Of a stretch of DNA of 64,000 nt, positions 23,801 through 35,800 are shown piece by piece; position 1 is the first letter of the stretch, and every line of letters begins with the position of its first letter. The DNA comes from Leucoraja erinacea. Its lineage: Eukaryota. The position numbers and the translations under genes are program-made. The DNA is taken from NCBI RefSeq assembly GCF_028641065.1, contig NC_073384.1:32674001-32738000 (forward strand). The letters run 5' to 3'. Under the pieces are notes generated by a model. That model had not been told where the DNA came from and did not search any database. It worked only from the letters and a program-made list of their open reading frames with translations.

Positions 23801-26800
23801 ACATCAAAGACGTGCATGTTTTTAGGTTAATTGGCTTCTGTAAATTGTTCCTAGTTTGTACAATAGAACTATTGTACATGTAATTGCTGGTTGGCGCAGA
23901 CTAAGTGGGCCGATGGGCCTGTTTCCACTTTGCATCTCTAAGCTAAACTAAACTAATCTTAACAACAGGAACAGGCCCTTCGGTCCGCAATGGCCGTGCC
24001 GAACATGATGCCAAGTTAAACTAATCTCCTCTGCCTGCACGTTACCCTTATTCACTCCATTTCCTGCATATCCCTGTCCTATCCAAAAGTCTCTTCAAAG
24101 CTTGGGCTTGTAGGCTTGACTTTTGGGAGAGGTTGGGACTTTTTTCTTTGGAGTGTAGGAGGCTGAGGAATGACTTTATTAAGATGTACAAGATCATGAG
24201 GGTCATGGATAAAGTGAACGCACATGGTCTTTTCCCCCAGGGTAGAGGATTCTAAACCAAGAGGGCACGGGCTTAAGGTGAGAGGAGAGATTTAAGAGGG
24301 ATCGCAGTGGAATCCGTACTAGTAGTAGTCCGTATCTGGAACCAGCTGCCAGAGGAAGCGGTAGAAGTGGCTACAGTTGTGAGATTTTTCTCTCTGCAGT
24401 TTTAGTTTGCAATATTAATTCAAAATGAATCTCGACAGATGTCAGTGCAGGCTTTTGACATAGGTTGTTTGTGTAACTGTCAAATGTTGCTTTGATTCCT
24501 TTTGTAGGAAGAGCTTCAAGGAACGACCACTCAAACCAGGGAACTGAGTAAAAGACAGAAGGAAATTGGAGCATATATTGAAACTCTACAGCAGAACAAA
24601 ATCCACGGCCAAAGAAACATTGGATCTACTTCAGCATCAAACGGGTAATGGGAGTGAATGAGTATACTCTCCTGTAACTTGCCTCCCAGGCTCACTGGTC
24701 TAGAGTCTCCAGGCTTTTCCCTGAAGCCCTTCTTAAACTGGAGGTGCAACATTAGTCACCCTCCAGTCTTCCAGCACCTCACCTGTCGATCTCAAAGTGA
24801 ATAATGTTGAGAAGTTGACACGATTTTTCTTTCTCCTCGTAGAACGTGGTATTGGGAATACCAGACAACAGGAGAGAATTGTCCAGGAGACCAAGCGCAG
24901 TACTGTAAAATGAATCCTAACCACGAGTGTACACTACACAAACGCTACTCTGTGAGTCTTCCCCACAGCACCTTCCACAAAGGTAAAACTTTCAGGGCAA
25001 CGTCTTCTACACCATGGGTGCATAGGATGCTTTGAAATAGACTTGTATTTAATCCACTCCGCACTGCCCCCCACCCCCACAAAGACACAGTGTTGGAGTA
25101 ACATAGTGGGTCCGCCACATTTTTGGGTTGGGACCTTTCTGCAGATGACGTAGGGGGGAGAAAGCTGGAAAAGAGAGGTAGGGGACGAGATAAAGCCTGG
25201 TAAGTGATAGATGGATACAATAGACAATAGGTGCAGGAGTAGGCCATTCGGCCCTTCGAGCCAGCACCGCCATTCAATAGACAATAGGTGCAGGAGTAGG
25301 CCATTCGGCCCTTCGAGCGAGCACCGCCATTCAATGTGATCATGGCTGATCATCCCAATCAGTACCCCGTTCCTGCCTTCTCCCCATATCCCCTGACTCC
25401 GCTATTTTTAAGAGCCCTATCTAGCTCTCTTTTGAAAGTATCCAGAGAACCGGCCTCCACCGCCCTCTGACGCAGACAATTCCACAGACTCACAACTCTC
25501 TGTGAGAAAAAGTGTTTCCTCCGTTCTAAATTGCTTACCCTTTATTCTTAAACCGTGGCCCCTGGTTCTGGACTCCCCTAACAGGGAACATGTTTCCTGC
25601 CTCTAGCATGTCCAAACCCTTAATAATCTTGTATGTTTCATTAAGATCCCCTCTCATCCTTCTAAATTCCAGAGTATACAAGCACAGCCGCTCCATTCTC
25701 TCAGCATATGACTGTCCAGCCATCCCGGGAATTAACCTTGTGAACCTATGCTCCCTCAACAGCAAGAATGTCTTTCCTCAAATTTGGAGACCAAAATTGC
25801 ACACAATACTCCAGGTGTGGTCTCACTGGGGCCCTGTACGACTACAGAACGACTACATACTCAACTTCTCTTGTTATGAAGGCCAACATGCCATTTGCTT
25901 TCTTCACTGCCTGTTGTACCTGCATTCTTACTTTCATTGACTGATGAAAAAGGACCCCCAGATCACGTTGTAGTTCCCCTTTTCCCAACTTGACACCATT
26001 TAGATAATAATCTTCCTGTTTTTGCTACCAAAGTGGATAACCTCACATTTATCCACATTAAACTGCATCTGCCATGCATCTGCCCACTCACCCAACCTGT
26101 CCAAGTCACCCTGCATTCTCATAGCATCCTCCTCGCAGTTCACACTGCCACCCAGCTTTGTGTCATCTGCAAATTGGCTAATGTTACTTGTAATCCCTTC
26201 ATCTAAATCATTAATATATATTGCAAATAGCTGCGGCCCCAGCACCGATGCTTGCAGTACCCCACTAGTCACTACCTGCCATTCTGAAAGGGACCCGTTA
26301 ATCCCTACTCTTTGTTTCCTGTCAGCCAACTAATTTTCTATCCATGTCAGCTCTCTACCCCCAATACCATGTGTCCTAATTTTGCCCACTAAAATCCTAT
26401 TTGGGACCTTATCAAATGCTTTCTGAATGACCAGGAACACTATATCCATTGGCTCTCCCTTGTCCATTTTCCTAGATACATCCACAAAAAATTTCAGAAG
26501 ATTAGTCAAGCATGATTTTCCCTTCGTAAATCCATGTTCACTTGGACCCATCCTGTCAGTGCTATCCAAATGTGCCGCTATTTCATCTTTCCCACCACCT
26601 ATGTCAGGCTAACTGGTCTATAATTCCCTGTTTTCTCCCACCGTCTTTTCTTAAAAAGTGGGATAACATTAGCTACCCTCCAATCCGCAGGAACTTGTAA
26701 ACCAGCATCTGCATTTCCTTGTACCTCCAAGGAATATCGATGAAAGGGGGATGGTGGGGAGGAGGGTGGAGGGGAGTGGGCAAGGGGAAAGGGAGAAATG

Positions 26801-29800
26801 ATCTTTCCTATCCGATGCACACTCATTCTCATTACCATTCGTGGACTGTGAATGGCACAGTGGCGCAGCGGTAGAGTTGCTGCCTTACAGTGCCAGAGAC
26901 CTGGGTTCGATCCTGACTATGGGTGTTGTTTGTATGGAGTTTGCACATTCTTCCTGTAACCATGTGGGTTTTCTCCAGGTGCTCCAGTTTCCTCCCACAC
27001 TCCAAAGTCATACACATTTGTAGGTTATTTGGCCTCTGTAAATTGTAAACTGTTTCGAGTGAGTGTGTACGTCAGTGCCAGTGTGTGGGGTGCTAGCTGG
27101 TCGGCACAGACTCAATGGGCCGGAGGGTCTGCTTCCACGCTGTGTCTCTAAAGTATAAAGACAACTGGAGACCCAGCATGAGGCGGAACCAAAAGATAAT
27201 GACATCCCAACTCCAGGACCAAGCATTTGCTAAGGTTGACGATGTTTACCGAGGATAGGAGGCTGACTTCTTTGCCTACCCATACTATGGTGTAACAGAT
27301 GTGCTTGTCTTCCAGTTGTGCACAGTGCAGACGTGGATGCAAGGCCAAACTCACCTGTCACTGTTTATCCAAGACATGAGACTGTATCCCCAGCACTGAG
27401 TGAAGGGTTTGAGGACCACGCTGACACTGATAGAATGGACACTTTCGAAGCACTGAACCAAAACAGATGTGCTCCTCGAGAAAGCGAATTAGAAACCAAC
27501 CATCTTACTACAGAGTTGGACAAGAACATCCAACACTTGAAGGAAAAATACCACGGTAACTATTTATTATCTGAACTATTTACTATTTAAGTAAACAAAC
27601 CATGTTCATATGCTGATTAATTGATTGTGAGATACGTCCACCCATCAAGTCCACGCCTACCATCGATCACCCGTTCTGTTATCCCACTTTCTCCTCCCTT
27701 CCCTGCACACTAGGGGCAATTTACAGAAGCCAATTAACCTACAAACCCGCATGTCTTTGGGATGTGGGAGGAAATGGGAGCACCCAGAAGAAACCCAGGC
27801 GGTCACAGGGAGAACATGCAAAATAAAATGGCCTCAATTCATCAATGCAAAGTCAACAGGCTGCCAGATTACAGGGAGGGAGGGGTGGCGTGCAGTGGGG
27901 AGGCTTCAGAATGGAAATCACCTAAGTTGGGAAGGGTGCAGAAGAGATGCACCAGGATGTTCTCTTCACCAGGATTGCGAGCTTGAGTTATTCACCAGGA
28001 TTGCAGGCTTGAGCTATAGGGAGAGGTTGGAGAGGCTGGGACTTTTCATTGGAGCGTAGGAGGCTGAGGGGTGGCCTTATGGAGAAGTACTTCTGAATCT
28101 TTTTGAGTTAGTTACTTGAATGAAATGCAGAAGCCGATAAATAATTATAATCAAAATGACCATATATATATTTTCTAAACAGACTCTGCTCTGCTCTTTC
28201 TGGTCAAGAGGCAGCACACTGTCGTGGAACTGCTGAAGTCAGAGAGACTGTATGCCTTTTACCTCTCACTCATTCTGAAGTCCAATGTTTCCAACAGCGG
28301 AAAGGGCATCACACTCAACGGCAAAAATCTGAGGTATGGTTTGCATAAACCCAATCATAGTTTGCAACGAATAGTTAACTTGTATAGTTACCTTCCTCTC
28401 CTATCCTTTTGCCTCATACTTTCTGGGTTTTTTTAAATCTCTGGCCTATATCCAACCATCTGCTTATCAAACCCCCCTCACCTGTATTCACCTATCACTC
28501 ACCAGGACACAAAGTATTGGAGTAACTCAGTGGGTCAGGCAGCATCTCTGGAGGTGGCGTTTCGGGATCCTACTGCCTGTCCTGTTGATTACTCCAGCAC
28601 TTTGTGTATTAATTAGCATCTGCAGTTCTTTGTTTCTCTCACTCACCAGGCTTTCTCTCTTCCAGCTTTCTTCTCCTCCCCACCACAATCTTTTTTATTT
28701 TATTTTTATTTCAATCTAGACTTTATTCAGGTAATAAATATATACAATACATGAATCATGCGAAAAATTAATCCACCATTTTCGGAGGCTATACAAATTG
28801 TTCAATACAGTCTATATACATTGCTCAAATTTCACAAATCTGTGCCCCACCCGTGCCACTCATGTGGCCCCCTGGCGTGGGATACCTTCTCTTATTTTGA
28901 GGGGCGCCTCCACCATACTGTGCCCCCCATGTCCAGCAGCGGAAGGACTCTAAACTGTGGTCCTCCCCCACCGAGCCTGGGCATTGGCTGCACCGAGCTT
29001 CAGTGCATCCCTCAGCACGTACTCCTGCAGTCTGCAGTGGGCCAGTCGGCAACATTCCCTGACGGACATCTCGCTCCACTGGGTGGTGAACAGCGCTCGG
29101 GCAGACCAAAGAGAGCCTTTCACCGAGTTGATGACCTTCCAGCAGCACTCGATGTCCGTCTCTGAATGTGTCCCTGGGAACAGTCCGTAAATCACAGAGT
29201 CCTCTGTGATGGAGCTGTTCGGAATAAAGCGTTGCAAGGATCCTTGCATACCTCTCCAGATTATACTTCTCCATGTTATGTAATGAACCGGATTTGATAA
29301 AGGACCATGAGGTTAATGAGCCATTAAGAGGCAGTGACCATAACATGGTCAGGTTTAATCTACAATTGGAGAAGGAGTAGATCAGGAACTTGGAGGTGCT
29401 GTCCAGTGTGTTGTCGGCACTGCCGGATCGTCCAGCCCCATCAATGATGCAGTTGAAGTCACCGGCCAGAACGAGCTGCCTGGACGTGGCCAGCATCGGT
29501 GGGAGCTGCAGGAGAACGGCCAGCCGCTCGCTCTGCACGGGTGAGGCGTTCACATTAATCAGCCGGAGCGGAGAACCACGGTACATAACATCCACCACGA
29601 GGAGACGCCCCCAACCACCTCCCTGACCTCAGTGATGGCGAAGTTCCCTCCCCGCAGCAAGATCCCCAGGCAAGAAGCACGACAGTCACTGGCTCCCAAC
29701 CACACCGACAGTCCATGGGGCCACCATCGCGACCACCTCCGATAGCAGCGGAGGTGTGGCAGCCCGCACTCCTGGAGTAGGTCACATCTGCCTTGACCTT

Positions 29801-32800
29801 GGCCAGGTACTGTAAGGCATTTACACATCGTACAGTACTCTTCACACTGCGCACGTTTAAAGATGCCAGTTTGAGCTCCATTGTCTTTAGAGTCACTGAC
29901 CACTCTCTTGTCCCCTCATGCCCACTGCTTTGGTGAATTGCCTCAGCTTTCCTGGGCTCAGGTACTGGGTGCCAGCATCCTCAAGGAGGTGGGTTACCTG
30001 TGGCGCAACCAGAGGTGTCGTTGGGGGGGACCTACTTGTTCCACCCCCTTCTGTGCGCACCGCCCCCTGCATCTCCTGTAGCTGGGGCACGGTGGCTGAT
30101 TCACTGCTCCCGGTATCCCAGTGCTGGGGCCCATTGGCCGCTGCGATGATCCCGGTCTCCAGGGACAGGAGCCCCTCTGCCGCTGCTCTGCTCTCGGTCT
30201 CCTGGGGCTGGGGGACAATCGGCGTAGCCTTTCTCTTTTCTTCCTCTGCCTCCGTCGTTGGGACTTCAAGGTCGCCTCATCCTCTGACGAGGAGAGGTTG
30301 CTGCCATCTGTCTTATTTTTGGACTTACCGGCCCCTTGCAGCCTCGGCTCTTTGGGCTGAACCCTCTGGTGTTTCTTATTCGTCACCATTTTCCATTTCT
30401 CCTACTGTTCCCCCTCCTCCATCAACTCTCCCTCCTGGACAGGGCACTGGGGGTCTCCGTCTGACACTTGGGGGCATGAGGCGGTCGGGCTGTCCTCACC
30501 CCTGTTCCCCCTTTCTGCTGGGGTCTTGGTAGTGGTGGCAGGTTTCTCGCCCACCCTGGGGGTGCTGGCAGCAGCTCCTCTTGTCGCCTGTGCGTAGGTG
30601 CAGGCTCTTTTAGGGCAAGCCCTGTAGAGGTGGCCTGCCTCCCCGCACAGGTTGCAGTTCTTGCTGGCCTGCCAGTCCTTTGTCTCATGGCCCTCCAGCT
30701 TGCAGTTCTTGCCGACAACTGCAGTGCATTGGGCCATCACTTGCCCAGGCTTTTTGCATTTCCTGCACAGCTTGGGTTGCCCCGCGTAGCTCATGTATCC
30801 TCGGTTCCCTCCAATAGCGAAAACCGAGGGAGGGTGGATGATGGCTCCGTTCTTGTCCACCCTCAGCTTTACCTTCACTTGCCACTTGCTTGTCCAAATC
30901 CCAAACAGGTCCTTCACGTCCTCACAGTTCCCTGTTCCCTTGACATAATGAGCAAGGAAGGTGAGGACATCCACTGCGGGCACATGTGGGTTCGACACGT
31001 GCACTGTGATCATCAATTCCTTCTGGGTGGGGGAGCATGAAGAGCGGCTGCACTTTCAGTAGCCACAGCGGAGCTTGGTTCCCCTTCTCGCGGAAGTCTT
31101 CCATCAACTTCTGCCATCCCGTCGGATACATGAAGGTAACACCAAAATATCCGTTACCCGGGAAGTCCTGAAGGCAGTAGATGTCCTTGGCCTCAAATTT
31201 GCAGGCCTCTAGCAAGATTTTCCTCATGAACAGGTCCCATGAGAAGGGAGTCCCCTTGCTCAGGTCCTTTATGCTAACTCTCAGGGTATTTGGGATACCC
31301 TGTACTCCCGCTCCAGTTGCTGCTGCCATTGTGGCTGGATGAGGTGTTAGGTTGGTTACCCAGCCAGCATGGATCCACCTCTAAGCCCGCAGCCGACCGA
31401 CTCCTCGTCACCGATTTCGATCCGAGATCCACAACCCTTGTCCCCAAAGGGTCAAGGCCAGAACTGTTCTAATAAGAGCAGATAGTGTCTTTTACTCAAG
31501 TAGCTCGTCCTGGGAGAACTGCCTTTTTGATCACGGTCTCTCCCCTGCCAGGTAAGTATCCTCCCCACCACAATCAGTCCCAAAAAGGGCCCCGACCGGA
31601 ATCAAGCATTTACAATTCCTTGTGGTCTCCAGTTATCTTTCTCATTTGATTTTTCTCACCTTTGGTCCACAGTGGCGCCCTGCACAGCTCCCTGCGATTA
31701 CTCACACATCTCCACACCACTCTACTGTACACGCTGGAGGAGAGGGTGTGCTGTTGGCAGTGGCAAAGCATTGTTGGGGATATATTCATGAAGCTGCTGA
31801 ACAACCCAGAGGTAAGGGTGAAGCTGGCCTGTTAAATGTGGTCTCGATCGCTTGTTAAATATGTTCCTTGCTGGACAGCATCGCCTGTGATTTATTAGCA
31901 TACAATTACTTTAGACTTCAGAGATACAATGTGGAAACAGGCCCCTCCGCCCTCCACGTCCCCACTGATCAATAATCACCCCATACACTAACACTATCCT
32001 GCACACACTAGGGACAATCTATACTTTTACAGAAGCCAATTTCTTCTTCCTCCAAAACCTATGTCTTTGGGATGTGGGAGGAAACTGGAAAACCCGGAGA
32101 AAACCCACGCGGAGGGTATTCCTCACATGGAGAAGGTACAAACTCCGAACAGACAGCACCCATAGTCGGGATCGAACCCCTACCACTGGCACTGTGAGCT
32201 ACTGTTGCACCACCCTAATTTCTCCCTCTGTTTAGCAAAGTGTTTGTGCATTGCGTTCATATAGAACAGTACTGCACAGGCATTGGCCCTTTGGCCCACG
32301 TTGTCCCTGCTGAACGCAATGCCAAGTTCATAGTCACACAGCATGGAAACAGCTCTTTGGCTCAACTCATCCATGCTGACCAAGACGCACCTTCTACGCT
32401 AGTCCCACCTGCCCGCATTTGGCCCATATCCCTCTAAACCTTTTCTATCCATGTACCTGTCTAAATGTCTGTTAAAATGTTGTGATCGTACCTGCATCAA
32501 CCACCTCCTCTGGCAGCTCAATCTATACACCCACCACCCTCTGTATGAAAAAGTTGCCCCTCAGGTTCCTAATAAATCTTTCTCCTCTCCCCTTAAGCCA
32601 GTGTCCTCATTTTTGATTTCCCTACCCTGGGTAAAGGATGGTGCATTCAACCTGTAGGTTCCCCTCATGATTTTATACATCTCTGTAAGATCTTTTTTGG
32701 GACTCCAAAAGCAGGAAATATACGCAAAAACATGTTACAAGTTGCTTTCACTATTTATTGCTATCGACCAGAATGTTTTATGATGTTGATAGGTTAAACT

Positions 32801-35800
32801 CTCAACGTTGTAATTGCTCAGAGTGTGTCGGGAGTGGATGTGAAAGTACCAGTTTGAACGGGTGATTGATGGTTGGCATGGACTCTGTGGGCTGAAGGGC
32901 CTGATTCCATGGCGTGTCTCTAAAATTAAGCAAGACATTATGATGATTAGTGAAAACATACATTTTAATAAAACTAACAACCGTCCATTGTGAGACATTG
33001 ATGTATGTTTAACAACAAGCCCTTTTTATTGTTTTAGTGGTAATTTGTACGTGATTTCGCTTGGTTACAGGACAAGTTTTTTTGGACAATTACATCATCT
33101 ATCTGAAGGAGCTCCCTGAATGCATTTCTGTGCTAAACATCTGCCGTGGAGAATCACTCACCCTGACCAGGCAACACGAGGTGACAAACTCCTCATATGG
33201 GCCAAGAGAGTCAATAGTGTTTTATAGTCAAATGTCCCAAGACAGAACCATGACATTCTTACTTGCAGCAGCAAAGTCAAAGTACATTTTTATTCATCAC
33301 ATGCACCCGAAGGTGCAGTGAAATGAATTTGCCAGCAGCGATACACTTAAAAAGAACACGCAATACACAATAGAATTTAACACAAACATCCACCACAGTA
33401 TTCTTCACTGTGGTGGAAGGCAACAAAGTTCAGTCAGCCCTCCTCCTTTGTTCATCCGTGGCCGGGGCAATAAACTCTCTCGTCGAGATGATCAAACCTC
33501 GGATGTCGGGACGGTCAAACACACTCCACGGCTTGGAGCGTCCGAATCGTCACTTTCCTTCCGGAAACCGCGGCTTCAGGATGTTATAGGCTGCAGGCTG
33601 GCGGTCGGAGCTCTTCTCCGGCGATCCCCTGCAGTGGATCCCAGACTCCGGATGGTAAGTCCACGCCACGCCCGCGGCTAGAAGCTCCGCAGACCACAGC
33701 CCACAGCCCCATGATGCCAAAGTCACCAGTCCAGCGATCGGAGCACTCCGCTCTGGCGATCCCCGGCAAGGGTTTGCCTGCTTCGCGATGGAAATGTCCA
33801 TGCTGCGCCCGGGCCTGACTCCGGGAAAGGCCGCTCCAATCCATGCTGTTAGGCCGCGAGGGAGGCGACATGGAAAAGGTCGCCTCTCCGCCGAATAGGT
33901 GACCAAAAGCGATTCCCCCTTCCCCCTACCACCCCCGACACAAGACACACCAAGAGACACCTAAACTGACATTTAGACACACCAAAAAAACTAAAAAAGT
34001 GGAAATAACGAACACGCTGCCGGCAGGGCAACCAACTCGCAGCGCCCCCACCGACACAACAAACATATAAACATTGTACTCTGTAAAACCCATAATAAAA
34101 CAAAAGTTCAAAATATATTATAAAAAGGAGACAAATAAATAGACAATAATAGTGCAAAGTCAGAAATAAAGTCTTTATTTCAGAGCCTATTTGGAGGTGT
34201 AGTGCTTAATAGCCTGATGGTTATAGAGTCATACAGCATGGAAACAGGCCCTTTGGCCCAACACACCGACCAACATGTCCCATCTACAAAGGTCCCACCC
34301 GCCTGCCAGCTTTTGCCCCATATCCCTCTAAACCAGTCCAATCCATGTACATGTCCAATGTTTCTTAAATGATGCGATACTACCTGCTTCAACTATCTCC
34401 TCCGGCAGCTCGTTTCATACACCCACCAAGCCTGCGTGAAAAGGTTATCCCGCAGGTTCCTATTAAATCTCCCCCCTCATCCTAAATCTATGTTTTCTGG
34501 TTCTTAATTTCCCCACACTGGGCAAGAGAATATGCATTTACCTGATCTATTCCTCACATGATTTTATATGCATCTATAGGATCACCCCTCATCCTTCTGC
34601 GCTCTAGGGAATAGAATCCCAGCCTCCCCAACCTCTCTCTGTAGCTCAGACCCTCGAGTTCTGGCAACATCCTTGTAAATCTTCTCTGCACCCTTTCCAA
34701 CATAATAACATCTTTCCATGATGTTAGCTGCCTTTTTGAGGCAGCGTTCCTGTAGATCCCTTCGATGGTGGGGAGGTCAGTACCTGTGATGGTCCAGGCA
34801 GTGTCTACCATTCTCTCTAATCTTCTTTGTTTGCATGTTCTTCCCTTGACATCCTGGGTTTCCTGTGAATGGTACGGGTTCCTTCCACATCGCAAAGGTA
34901 TGTAGGTCAATTGGCCTCTAAATTATCACTAGTGTGCAGGGAGTGGACGAGAAAGTAGGATAACATAGAACTAGTATGAATGGGCGATCGATGGGTGGCT
35001 TGGACTCGCTGAAGAGCCTGTTTCCCTGATGTATCACTAACCAAGTAATTTGTCCAAATGTCTTTCAAAAGTAAGTAATCGTATATCTCCACTGCTTCCT
35101 GCCAATGCCTATGTGTGAAACAATCAGAGCACACTTCTAACTCACCTAATGTATAAACACTAGCAATCAGCATTGATAGCGATGAGCTGCATTGAAACAG
35201 ATCCCTTGGCTCATCTTGTCCATGCTGACCAAGTTGGCATTCCAGGCTAGTGCCATTTGAAACCTTTAAAAGGCATGTATGACTCTATGATGATGTATTT
35301 GTTCCATATCTGTTGTACTGCTGCAAGTAAGAATTTCAGTGTTCCGTTCTGGGACATATAACAATAGAACACTTTTGACTCTTGTATATTTGTTGACCTT
35401 ATGAGGTTACATTTTCAAAATTTATCATTTAAATACGATTATGTTTTACTCTGTTGACTCATAATTTTTTTAAAATTAACTCCTGGAGATGTAAATGTTA
35501 ATTACTTCAGAGACACAATGAATTGCAGACGCTGGAACCTGCAGCAAAACACAAAGTGCTGGAGAAACTCAGAGGGTCAGGCAGCATCTGTGGAGGGAAT
35601 GGACAGATGACATTTTGGGTCGGGTCCCTTCCTCACACTCCCTCCACTAGTTATGCCTGATCCACTGAGTTCCTCCAGCATCCAGCAGATGCTTTCTCAG
35701 TCAAACCACTTATGTTATGTCTTGATGACATTAAATCCTGGATGGCCCTAAACTTTTTAAATTTTAATGAAAAGAAAACAGAAGTGATAGTGTTTGGTCC

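Larger units (their letters stand above)
28691..31559 (-). mobile_element. Tx1-clade (L1 group) non-LTR retrotransposon with U1 snRNA-derived 5' end; 5'-complete, RT internally deleted
   Basis: Perfect 16-bp TSD CCTCCCCACCACAATC (28675-28690, 31560-31575); A-rich tail; ORF1 with CCHC knuckles; ORF2 APE N-terminus and Tx1-type C-terminus. Confidence 0.9.

Noticed and set aside
25219-25335. CRISPR-like or regulatory direct repeat
   Set aside because: Tandem duplication of a CR1 3' terminus with no spacers, in eukaryotic context.
29893-31329. Host ZCCHC3-like zinc-knuckle gene
   Set aside because: Frameshifted, intronless, followed by APE ORF2 and bounded by TSDs: it is Tx1 ORF1.
31504-31559. 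Functional U1 snRNA gene
   Set aside because: Only nt 1-56 are present, there is no Sm site or 3' stem-loops, and the upstream flank is a TSD and repeat remnant rather than an snRNA promoter.
33071-33090. Programmed -1 ribosomal frameshift as the main explanation
   Set aside because: Not a canonical X XXY YYZ site and no evident downstream structure; homopolymer error or mutation is far more likely.
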